DNA of 64,000 nucleotides from Planctomycetota bacterium (GTDB taxonomy: Bacteria; Planctomycetota; UBA8742; UBA2392), in assembly GCA_020638635.1 (NCBI GenBank), contig JACKIE010000011.1, positions 914-64,913 on the forward strand. The letters are read 5' to 3'. Each line of letters opens with the position of its first letter. Within the stretch, counting starts at the first letter, position 1. A model generated the notes under the pieces. It saw only the letters and a program-made list of their open reading frames with translations. It was not told the DNA's origin and ran no database searches. Shown here piece after piece: positions 47,075 to 56,966 of the stretch. The position numbers and the translations under genes were made by a program.

Positions 47075-47229
47075 CGGGACCAGTTTTGCCGTTTTCACAC
47101 GGTTCCGGGCTGAAAAACTTTCGTTTTCCTGCGTTACCACGGTCACTCAAACGCTTCCTCACACGGTCGCACCCTACCTTTCTCCCGTGGGCGGATGGGC
47201 CGCCCGAACAAACAGACGGGAGCAACACA

Positions 47230-48147
47230 ATGACCACCGCTATCAAGTACAGCTTCGAAGACGTCCTGGCCGCTTCACAGAAAATCAACTGGAAGTTCGA
47301 GGACATCATCGGGGGCAACAAGCGCCTCGACTTCAGCCGGCCCTTCCTGCCCGAGGGCCTGGCGCGAACCGAGGAGCTGGCTTTCCTGAACGCCGACGAG
47401 CGCCGGGCGCTCAGCCAGATTCGCGGCAACGCCTACCTGAACATTTTCGGGCTGGTCGAGGAATTCATCCTGCCCTTCGTGCTCGACCACGCCCGCCCCA
47501 GCCTGGCCGGCGACGACCATCGCACCAGGGCGCTGCTGCAGTTCGCCGGCGAAGAGGCCAAGCACATCCACCTGTTCAAGACCTTCGCCGAGGAGTTCCG
47601 CAAGGGCTTCGGCCACGAGTGCCAGATGATCGGCCCGCCCCAGGCCATCGCCCGCGAGGTACTGAGCCACCACCCGCTAGGCGTGGCGCTGGTGATCCTG
47701 CACATCGAGTGGATGACCCAAAGGCACTTCATCGAGGCCATCACCGGCGACCTCGAGATCGACCCGCAGTTCAAGAGCCTGCTGCGCCATCACTGGATGG
47801 AAGAGGCCCAGCACGCGAAGCTCGACACACTCATGGTCGAGGCCATCGCCGACAACTGCACCCCCGGCGAGATCGAGCACGGCGTGGACGAGTACCTGGC
47901 GATCGGCGGCTTCATCGACGAAGGTCTCAAGGCCCAGACCCAGTTCGACCTCGACGCCTTTGAACGCGCCACCAGCTGCGTACTCAACGTGGAGGAGCGC
48001 GAAGAGTTCCTGCGCGTGCAGCACCAGGCCAATCGCTGGACCTACCTCGGGACCGGCATGTCGCACCCCGAGTTCCTGAAAACCGTGGGCATGCTGAGCG
48101 AGACCCAGCGCGCCCGCCTTGAACAAGTCGCGCCGGCGTTCTGCTAG
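47230..48147 (+). CDS. Ferritin-like diiron oxygenase (AurF/PF11583-like)
   Basis: 305 aa from the ATG at 47230 (GGGAG upstream). It has two E...ExxH pairs: LVEEF...GEEAKHIH and HIEWM...MEEAQHAK. Confidence 0.7.
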   Translation: MTTAIKYSFEDVLAASQKINWKFEDIIGGNKRLDFSRPFLPEGLARTEELAFLNADERRALSQIRGNAYLNIFGLVEEFILPFVLDHARPSLAGDDHRTRALLQFAGEEAKHIHLFKTFAEEFRKGFGHECQMIGPPQAIAREVLSHHPLGVALVILHIEWMTQRHFIEAITGDLEIDPQFKSLLRHHWMEEAQHAKLDTLMVEAIADNCTPGEIEHGVDEYLAIGGFIDEGLKAQTQFDLDAFERATSCVLNVEEREEFLRVQHQANRWTYLGTGMSHPEFLKTVGMLSETQRARLEQVAPAFC

Positions 48148-48200
48148 CGCCCGAGGGGCCCCGTCGTGGGGCGGGGCCCCGCCTTTCCAACCTTCAACAC

Positions 48201-48998
48201 ATGGAAAAAGCCATGAACAACGTATGCACTCTGACCCCGGATCGCGACTACCTGAAGAACATCGTGCGCGAGACATACACGGCCGTCGCGGACGACCCGG
48301 CCACGCGGTTCCACTTCCATGTCGGCCTGGAGTACGCGGTGCGGTTGCTGGGCTATGACCGCGCGGAACTGGAGTCGCTGCCGCAGATCGCCACCTCGCG
48401 TTTCGCCGGGCTTGGCAACCCGCTGGCGATCGGTCCTCTCCACCCGGGTGAAACCGTGGTGGACCTGGGCAGTGGCGCGGGCATGGACCTGCTTCTGGCC
48501 GCGCGGCGCGTCGGCCGGCTCGGACGTGTCATCGGTGTAGACCCGACGCCCGCCATGCGGAGCACCGCCTGGCAGGCCGCGTGCGAAGCCGGTCTGGCGG
48601 AGCAGGTCTGGATGCTGGAGGGCGAGGTGGAGTCGATTCCGCTGACGGACGGTGTGGCCGACGTGGTAGTCAGCAACGGCGTGCTGAACCTGGGCGTGGA
48701 TAAAGCCCGCGTCTTCCGCGAGATCGCCCGCGTGCTGAAACCGGGCGGGCGAGCCTACCTGGCCGACGCCATCATCGACCGCCCCTTCGGCCCCGCCACG
48801 CTGAGCGACCCAGCCCTGTGGGCTTCCTGAGTGGCGGGCGCTCTGCCGGTGGCAGAGCTGCACAGCCTGATGGAACAGGCCGGCCTGAAGGACGCGCGCA
48901 TCACGGCCGAGTTCAAGAGCTTCCAGGGTACCACGTCCGAACTGCAGGTGGCCCCGTCCATGAAGCTGCGAGCGGCCAACTTCACCGGACGAAAGTAG
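48201..48998 (+). CDS. ArsM/UbiE-like class I methyltransferase with in-frame UGA (48828-48830), a candidate selenoprotein
   Basis: SAM motif VVDLGSGAGMDL. The ORF stops at TGA within LWAS[TGA]VAGAL, where relatives have a conserved Cys. The frame stays open for 55 more codons to TAG 48996-48998. A hairpin lies at 48840-48858. Confidence 0.6.
48840..48858 (+). promoter_or_regulatory. SECIS-like hairpin downstream of UGA 48828
   Basis: GCTCTGCC-GGT-GGCAGAGC: a perfect 8-bp stem starting 10 nt after the UGA. It has the same CTCTGCC-GNN-GGCAG core as 28237-28251. Confidence 0.5.
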
Positions 48999-49063
48999 AC
49001 GCGAGGTTTGACCCGTTTCATCAGTCCGCCTTTCCAGCCTATTTGGCAGGCGGGGATTTCGAC

Positions 49064-49110
49064 CCAAGGTGGCCCTGCCGTTCCTGCAGGAATGGCAGGC
49101 GGCACCTTGG
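49064..49110 (+). terminator. Long near-palindromic hairpin between the methyltransferase gene and dnaK
   Basis: CCAAGGTG..CCTGCCGTTCC-TGCA-GGAATGGCAGG..CACCTTGG. The inner stem is 10-11 bp (one G-U) and the outer stem is 8 bp. T-rich sequence follows (GTAGTTTATCT). Confidence 0.4.
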
Positions 49111-49233
49111 GCAGTAGTTTATCTAAACTCTTTGGAATCAATAGGTTGCAGTGCCGACCCGCAGGGTTGGCACCGGGCTTGCATACAGTACCACAACTAT
49201 TGAGCGGGCGCCTAAGCCCGGCAGGAGAACATC

Positions 49234-51177
<1,944 letters not shown>

Positions 51178-51191
51178 AATACGACATGCAT

Positions 51192-51227
51192 CTGCAATGG
51201 CGCCGGAACATCCCGGCGCCATTTGCA
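51192..51227. terminator. Hairpin terminator after full-length dnaK (also faces the convergent island operon)
   Basis: TGCAATGGCGCCGG-AACATC-CCGGCGCCATTTGCA: an 11-bp perfect core stem extendable with one bulge, followed by TTTGC. Confidence 0.6.
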
Positions 51228-51273
51228 TTTGCAGGCTCTTCCCGGACGTGTCAGGTGCAACCACGCCGATAGT

Positions 51274-51960
51274 TTAATCCATAAAACCAATGACGCGGGC
51301 CTTCGCTTCGGATTCGACGTCGGTGACCGCAATCAGAGTGTGTTCGTAGGTGTGTGCGTCGCCCTTCGTTCGCGCAAGCAACACCAGCACAAGCCAGGCT
51401 TTATGAGCCTCAGCGTGGTCGAACAATGCTCTGGCCCGATCGCCTGTCATCGTCGGTGCCAGCCACCGCTGCGCTTCCTCCCATGTGTTGCCGGCAGGAA
51501 GGAAGGTCATCTGCATCACGGTATTCGTTCGCCCCTCTCGCAATGACCCATCACGCGCCTTGTCAATAAACGCCTGAACTTCCGTGTCATCGCTCAACAC
51601 CTTGCGACCGTCGAGTTGGAAGGGAGTTGCCGTCACGTCCACTGCCTTCAAGTCTTTGTCCTGCAGGAGCCGGTAGAATCGGCTCACAGCCAGGCATGCG
51701 CCGGGATTGCTCATCACGGCACCCTGTGTCGCTCCGGGAAGTACTTTCGGCAGTTCAATCTTTGGTGAGCCGTCACCAACTGTGTGGCCGGACGCCGGAG
51801 AGCCCTTGCGCTTCTCGCCATCACCACCCGGAGTGTGAGCAGTGGGCTCCCCGCCTGAATTCTGAGCGTTGAGTTCTTGTGACGACTTGACGAAAAAGGC
51901 AGTTGCAACAACGGCCAGGCTTGCAACCACAATACCAAGTATAACCACGTTCAGTTTCAC
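51274..51960 (-). CDS. Membrane-anchored protein with a Gly/Pro-rich linker and an NTF2/SnoaL-like C-terminal domain (hypothetical)
   Basis: GTG at 51960 with GGGAGAA upstream. The N-terminal TM is MKLNVVILGIVVASLAVVATAFFV. The fold assignment is tentative. Confidence 0.55.
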   Translation of the reverse strand: MKLNVVILGIVVASLAVVATAFFVKSSQELNAQNSGGEPTAHTPGGDGEKRKGSPASGHTVGDGSPKIELPKVLPGATQGAVMSNPGACLAVSRFYRLLQDKDLKAVDVTATPFQLDGRKVLSDDTEVQAFIDKARDGSLREGRTNTVMQMTFLPAGNTWEEAQRWLAPTMTGDRARALFDHAEAHKAWLVLVLLARTKGDAHTYEHTLIAVTDVESEAKARVIGFMD

Positions 51961-51993
51961 GGCGATTCTCCCGCAGGGGAAGCTCTTTTACGC

Positions 51994-54864
51994 TCAGGGC
52001 TCAGAAAGCACAGCAGCCGCATCAAGTTCCAGGGTATCCATGCCAGTCTGAACGTTAATCGTGAGTGATCGGACTTTTCCATTGCTGTCCCTTCCGGCGA
52101 GCTCGTAGATTCCAGCGCCGTACAGGGTCAAACCATTGCTGTTTGATTTCGACAGACTAATCCAGTCACGCTCCATCATGTTCTGGGGCGTCAACGCCAG
52201 CCAACCGCTGACACCGTCGGTGTTGATCAGGGAAATTGGCGGCATGACTTCAAGCGTTAGTGTGTTGGATGAACCTTGTCGCGGTTCCAGCATCGCCGCC
52301 AGTCTTCTACCACTCGCATCCGCTGTCGCGACAACCCAAACACGCTCCGCGGTGCGCGGCCACATGACTTCAACTTCGCGGCCGAGTTCAAAAGGCTTGC
52401 CGTATCCTCTCATCTTGCCTTCTTCAACCCAAAGGACTTTCAGCAGCCGCATGGAGATCGAAGACTCGCTCGTGTCCACCGTCAAGGTTGCCGTAGCCCG
52501 ATCATGCGGCGGTGGCGGTATGACGAGATCGGCCCGCCACATGTCACCAATACGTGTGACGTATCCCGCGTTGTCATAAAGTCCGAGCTCATCATCGACT
52601 CGTACAGCGACATACGGATACTCCTCGTGCATGCGCGCCGTATAGCCGCCGGCTAGGGCCTGTGCGTGCTTGACCATCTTGTAGTGAATCCCACTGCCCT
52701 TGATGGTTCGAGCATCCATGGGTTGCGGCAATGGTTTATCAAGACAAAGCAAGGCAGGTGTCGGCGAGGACGGAGCAGGCCCGATCCGACCCATTACGAA
52801 CACGTAGCCGGGCTCTTCGTCGATGGCATTTAACACATAAGTGAGGGTTTGATCTGCGTTTGTCAGCCGGAATAGCCCGGCTGGGTGCGCGAAGCCATCC
52901 ATCGACGGAGAGATTAGTTCGATACGAACAGAACCGCGAGGAAGCCTGTCTACCGCGACTTCTCCGTCTTCATCAGTCACTGCATAGCGAGTGGTGCCGG
53001 CTTGTACCCTGTCAGCCTCAGACAATGAACGTGGTTCTTCCAGTCCGATCTTGAAGCGCGCACCGGCCAACGGCACGAGTTCGCCGCCGTCCGCCAATCG
53101 CAGCGCAGCTTTCAAGCGGATGGAAACGCCTTCCCGGTCCGTTTGTATCGTGACATCCACAGTATCCTGGGAAATGGCTTCAACAATATCGCGATCCGGA
53201 CCTCTGACAATCATGGCCTTGGTACCAGGGCGAACGGCAACATCGACGGACTCACCCACTCGACAAGCTTGCGGCGCGGGCCAGCCGGAAATCCAGCCAA
53301 CGTCCCAAGCCGAAACGAAGTACTGTGTATCATCGTGGCTGCCCGCCAGGTGAACTCGTACCGTACGGGTTGCTTGAAGCATCACGTCACCCAGAACGCG
53401 GGTGCCAGCAGGATAAGTGACCTCCGCTGATGCGGCACCATAAGTCGCGACGAGAGAAAAGTCCCAGCGGGAAATCGTAACCAACTCAAAAACGCCGTCG
53501 GCTTGCGAAACGGCGGTGTGAACTGGCATGACAGAGTTGTCCAGCGTCACGAGTGCACCGGCAACCGGCGCGCCTGTGAAGTCCACAACCGTACCTGCGA
53601 TGGTCGCTGCCGTGTGAACGTCGCATTCGAACTCATCTTCCGCAACTCTCCGAAACGTGGACTCGAACGCTTGACCCACCACCACTCCCGCTGCATCCAG
53701 GAGCCGAAGCTGGAGCGTCCTCGGAAATGGGGCGAAATAGGAAGGAAGTTCAATGGTGTCCGCTGACATGAAACGTCCAACGGCCCGGAAAGTCCCTCGA
53801 GATAGTCCGACTTGAATACTTTGCGCAGGATGAATGGGTGACTCAGTCCAGTTCAGATGCAACTGCACAGTCCCTGAGTCTATGACGATCAGGATACGCG
53901 TTGTCGTCCCTCCATTTCCAAGCACCGCGGTCCATAGCGCTCCCGGCAAATCGGGGCTGGAGAGTTCGACATCAGAACGGGGTGTGAGGCCGACAAACTT
54001 TGCGCGGCCCGATTCCACCGGTTGACAGTATCTGGAAGCAGCCTGCAACTCAGGGCGCAGCGCCTGGGGCGCCAATTCAAGTGTGGCCACATTCAAACTG
54101 AGGTCGCCCTCAAGGATGACTTCCAACTGGGCGCCGTCCCTCACGAGCACGCGTACCGCGGCGACGCCGGGCGGGACTTCTGCTGTTCCACACTTACCGG
54201 ACTCATCCGTCGCAAAGACGGTGCGATTTCGATTCGAGACGGGAAACTGAAACGTTCCATCGGTCGATGTCGCCGTCTCGAACAATCCGCCGGAGACCGG
54301 GCTGCAATCAGAGAAGTGTATATGCGATCGTATCGAGACATGCACCTCCCCCAAGCCGTTTCCAGCCTCATCGACGACCACGCCCGCGCCGAGCGCATCA
54401 GGTTCCAGAAGTACACGCACTACGTCAATGCTCGCCGACGTCGATGAAACATTGCGTGACATATATCCGGAAGCCACGATGCGAACTCCCGACGACAACA
54501 CCTGACGCGCCACAGGCGCTTTTCCTTGAGCATCCGTCTGGGACAGCGGCAGTCCCGATGAAAGAATCTGCGCGCCTAAGATCGGCCGACTCGTCAGCTC
54601 ATCCACCACCATCACCATCACGTGTTCGATCGGGGGTTTCCGTTGCGACGAAGCAGCTTTGTGCGGCAGGGAACGATCCACCGTGTGTGAAGTGGCAGGC
54701 GTGTTTTCCTTGGGGTCTGATTGCAGGTCTCGTTGACGCCCTCCTTGAGGCTCATGGACCGTGGCGCAACCGTGCACATGAATGCCCAGCAGTGAAAGCG
54801 CCGCGAGCCCCAACAGGAGGCCCAGCACGATCACCGTCGAACGGTTTAGACTGAATCGATCCAT
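51994..54864 (-). CDS. Large anchored or secreted protein with repeated carboxypeptidase-regulatory-like (prealbumin-fold) domains
   Basis: ATG at 54864 (MDRFSLNRSTVIVLGLLLGLAALSLLGI). There are several segments of the type GTVVDFTGAPVAGALVTLDN and VVVDEAGNGLGEVHVSI. No catalytic motif was recognised. Confidence 0.65.
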   Translation of the reverse strand: MDRFSLNRSTVIVLGLLLGLAALSLLGIHVHGCATVHEPQGGRQRDLQSDPKENTPATSHTVDRSLPHKAASSQRKPPIEHVMVMVVDELTSRPILGAQILSSGLPLSQTDAQGKAPVARQVLSSGVRIVASGYMSRNVSSTSASIDVVRVLLEPDALGAGVVVDEAGNGLGEVHVSIRSHIHFSDCSPVSGGLFETATSTDGTFQFPVSNRNRTVFATDESGKCGTAEVPPGVAAVRVLVRDGAQLEVILEGDLSLNVATLELAPQALRPELQAASRYCQPVESGRAKFVGLTPRSDVELSSPDLPGALWTAVLGNGGTTTRILIVIDSGTVQLHLNWTESPIHPAQSIQVGLSRGTFRAVGRFMSADTIELPSYFAPFPRTLQLRLLDAAGVVVGQAFESTFRRVAEDEFECDVHTAATIAGTVVDFTGAPVAGALVTLDNSVMPVHTAVSQADGVFELVTISRWDFSLVATYGAASAEVTYPAGTRVLGDVMLQATRTVRVHLAGSHDDTQYFVSAWDVGWISGWPAPQACRVGESVDVAVRPGTKAMIVRGPDRDIVEAISQDTVDVTIQTDREGVSIRLKAALRLADGGELVPLAGARFKIGLEEPRSLSEADRVQAGTTRYAVTDEDGEVAVDRLPRGSVRIELISPSMDGFAHPAGLFRLTNADQTLTYVLNAIDEEPGYVFVMGRIGPAPSSPTPALLCLDKPLPQPMDARTIKGSGIHYKMVKHAQALAGGYTARMHEEYPYVAVRVDDELGLYDNAGYVTRIGDMWRADLVIPPPPHDRATATLTVDTSESSISMRLLKVLWVEEGKMRGYGKPFELGREVEVMWPRTAERVWVVATADASGRRLAAMLEPRQGSSNTLTLEVMPPISLINTDGVSGWLALTPQNMMERDWISLSKSNSNGLTLYGAGIYELAGRDSNGKVRSLTINVQTGMDTLELDAAAVLSEP

Positions 54865-54971
54865 TTCCGGTTCAACCAACTGGGCTCCGATTATCCTCGC
54901 AAAATATCGCAGACCGCTCCATAACCTGTCGCCCAAATTATCGTGGACGCAATACGCTGATCAAGTTGTTA

Positions 54972-55478
54972 TCATTGATTGGGCTGCTCCAGCTGCCAAT
55001 CCGACGGATCTGTGTCCTCATCCAATCCGCATGTCGGCGAAGCCGAGTCATACCAATACTCCATTTCCCAATCACTACCAGTGCCACATGTGTCGTGCAT
55101 GTACGTCCCCTCCCACGACTGCGCCACTGAACGAAACTCGCTGAGTACGGTACACGAAGGATTGCGAAGTGATTCAATGGGGCCGATGAAATCGTCGGAA
55201 AACGTGTCATCTTCCCAACACTCGGTAGTATAAATCCACTTTTTAGTATATGGACAGCACTCCTCAGGTACCGCCATCGTGTATTCAAACGCAAATGGGT
55301 AATCATTGCCATCATTGTTCACGATCAGAGGCCCAGTGATCGTGCCATCGATGATCTCCACCAAACTGTTTGGTGCGACCGCATTTGCCGGGCTTAGAGC
55401 AGAAACTAAGTCGGCATAGATCAGCAACGTGATGGCGATAGCCATCACACCAGATGCAATTGCACAAATCGTTTTCAT
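54972..55478 (-). CDS. Secreted acidic Cys-rich protein (168 aa, hypothetical)
   Basis: ATG at 55478 with AAGGAG upstream. The signal peptide is MKTICAIASGVMAIAITLLIYA. The mature part contains 7 Cys (EECCPYT, TECWEDD, PSCTV, DTCGTG, PTCGLD). Confidence 0.6.
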   Translation of the reverse strand: MKTICAIASGVMAIAITLLIYADLVSALSPANAVAPNSLVEIIDGTITGPLIVNNDGNDYPFAFEYTMAVPEECCPYTKKWIYTTECWEDDTFSDDFIGPIESLRNPSCTVLSEFRSVAQSWEGTYMHDTCGTGSDWEMEYWYDSASPTCGLDEDTDPSDWQLEQPNQ

Positions 55479-55489
55479 GGTATCACTCC

Positions 55490-56101
55490 TTAAGGATGCT
55501 GGTGAATGTCCGAAACCGAAGTATCCCGGACACTTTGCACTGAAACATTCCACACTTGTGCGAGGATAAGGCATCCGACCATCAGCACCCCGTTTCGTAC
55601 TACGTTCGCCGAAAGCGTCGGGAATTCGAGAACACCTGCGCCAATGCATCCACAACCACGTCCTGCCAACTCGCTTCGGGAGAGCACGAGCGCCAGTGTG
55701 AACGCCGCGAACACAAGGGCTGCCAATGAAATCACAACAGACTTCCGTTTTCGCACCGTGATCAAAGACACTCCCAGGGCTAACTCAACAGCGGCTACGA
55801 CGCCGACAAATTCTGAATACCCCAGTGGAATGTATCGGTACAAGCGATAGTGGACGACAGCGATCGCAGTTTGCATCGAGTCGGCATGAACTGCAGGGCC
55901 CCATCCCCCTGCCAGTCCGATCAACTTTGATAGCGAGGCAGCGATGAGGATGCCGGCCAACAGGATTAGCAAAATCGCGGACGTGAAACCCGGCAGCGCA
56001 CACGAGCCACAGCGCGGCATCAGATACCCGGCCGAGGCCGATCGCCCGTCAAAAGCGCAACCCTTTTTTGTTGCCCTCTGTTGCAAAAACACCCCCCTCA
56101 T
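55490..56101 (-). CDS. MauE/DoxX-like membrane protein
   Basis: Four or five TM helices and the GRGCGCIGAG motif, which resembles the CGCFG motif of the MauE family. An alternative start exists at 56020 (MPRCGSC...). Confidence 0.55.
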   Translation of the reverse strand: MRGVFLQQRATKKGCAFDGRSASAGYLMPRCGSCALPGFTSAILLILLAGILIAASLSKLIGLAGGWGPAVHADSMQTAIAVVHYRLYRYIPLGYSEFVGVVAAVELALGVSLITVRKRKSVVISLAALVFAAFTLALVLSRSELAGRGCGCIGAGVLEFPTLSANVVRNGVLMVGCLILAQVWNVSVQSVRDTSVSDIHQHP

Positions 56102-56201
56102 GGATGCCAGCGACAGACCTCATGCAAAAAAGAGCGAGACAGAGAACGCTATCTATACATGCGCCAAATAAAAAAAAAGCGAAAAACGGTACAAATATGA
56201 G

Positions 56202-56770
56202 TTCCGCCGGCGCCGCGCGGCATGCCGCAGATCGAGGTGAAGTTCGACATCGACGCCAACGGCATCCTGAAGGTCAGCGCCAAGGACAAGGGCACCGGCA
56301 AGGAAGCCAGGATCGAGATCAAGTCCGACTCGGGCCTCAGCAAGGACGAAATCGAGCGCATGCGCCGCGAGGCCGAAACGCACGCGGCCGACGACGAGAA
56401 GCGCGTCGAGCTGATTCACGCCAAGAACGAGGGCGACCGCATGGCCTTCAGCGTCGCCAAGATGCTGGAAGAGCACGGCAGCAAGCTGGATGAAGCCGGC
56501 AAGAAGGAAATCGAAGAGAAGAAGAAAGAGCTGGAAGAGGCCATGAAGGGCGAAGACGTGGGCAAGATCAAGGCCGCCACGGAAGCCCTGACCAAGGCCA
56601 GCCACAAGCTGGCGGAAAAGATCTACGCCAGCGCCAGCCCCAAAGAGCAAGAGGACATGCGCAAGGCCGCCGAGGAAGCCCAGGCCCGCGGAGGCGTAGG
56701 CACCGAAACGGCAGGCAGCAGCGACCGCGTAGTAGACGCCGACTACTCGGTGAAGGAAGAAGACAAGTAG
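56202..56770 (+). pseudogene. dnaK: Displaced dnaK 3' fragment (equivalent to DnaK residues 466-647), right copy of the direct repeat
   Basis: The translation from ATG 56222 is identical to the last 182 aa of DnaK. An in-frame TGA lies immediately upstream of the homology (56198-56200). The fragment is followed by its own terminator. Confidence 0.85.
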
Positions 56771-56791
56771 GAAGACGCACCGGCAGCAGCA

Positions 56792-56829
56792 AAGCCGCGG
56801 ACGGAGCCTTACCGTTCGCGGCTTGCTTT
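56792..56829 (+). terminator. Rho-independent terminator after the dnaK fragment (likely the original dnaK terminator)
   Basis: AAGCCGCGGACGG-AGCCTTA-CCGTTCGCGGCTT: a 13-bp stem (one G-U) followed by GCTTT. Confidence 0.7.
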
Positions 56830-56966
56830 AAGGGCATCTGTGTCGGGGATCTTCCTGACCGGCGCTGCGCGCGAACCCAGGATGCAAACTCTGGAACGGG
56901 TGCGGCGGAGCACGGAACGACCGATGCGCTGGAAGCCCATGCCGCTGTTCACTAGACTCCGCGCCC

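Larger units (their letters stand above)
51178..56201. mobile_element. Low-G+C islet (four-gene minus-strand operon) bracketed by direct repeats of the dnaK 3' end; no recombinase seen
   Basis: The drop in G+C relative to the flanks is clear by eye. All four genes are co-oriented and closely spaced. There is an AT-rich segment at 56150-56200. The islet is flanked by the 568-bp repeat. Confidence 0.45.

Noticed and set aside
46731-47963. 410-aa plus-strand ORF spanning the divergent promoter
   Set aside because: It is antisense to the hydrolase-fused regulator and off-frame to the diiron oxygenase. The translation is Arg/Pro-rich.
49111-49233. CIRCE/HrcA operator or sigma-32 promoter upstream of dnaK
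   Set aside because: I found no TTAGCACTC-N9-GAGTGCTAA-like inverted repeat. Only weak and ambiguous -35/-10 candidates are present, which is not supportable.
51961-51996. Possible UGA read-through joining the 956-aa island protein to the next gene (same frame, TGA stop)
   Set aside because: A TAA follows two codons after the TGA. The downstream gene has its own GTG start with a GGGAGAA ribosome-binding site.
51178-56201. Integrase, transposase or phage genes in the dnaK-associated islet
   Set aside because: None of the four ORFs, nor any alternative frame I read, shows recombinase, transposase or phage motifs. I therefore call the islet only tentatively mobile.
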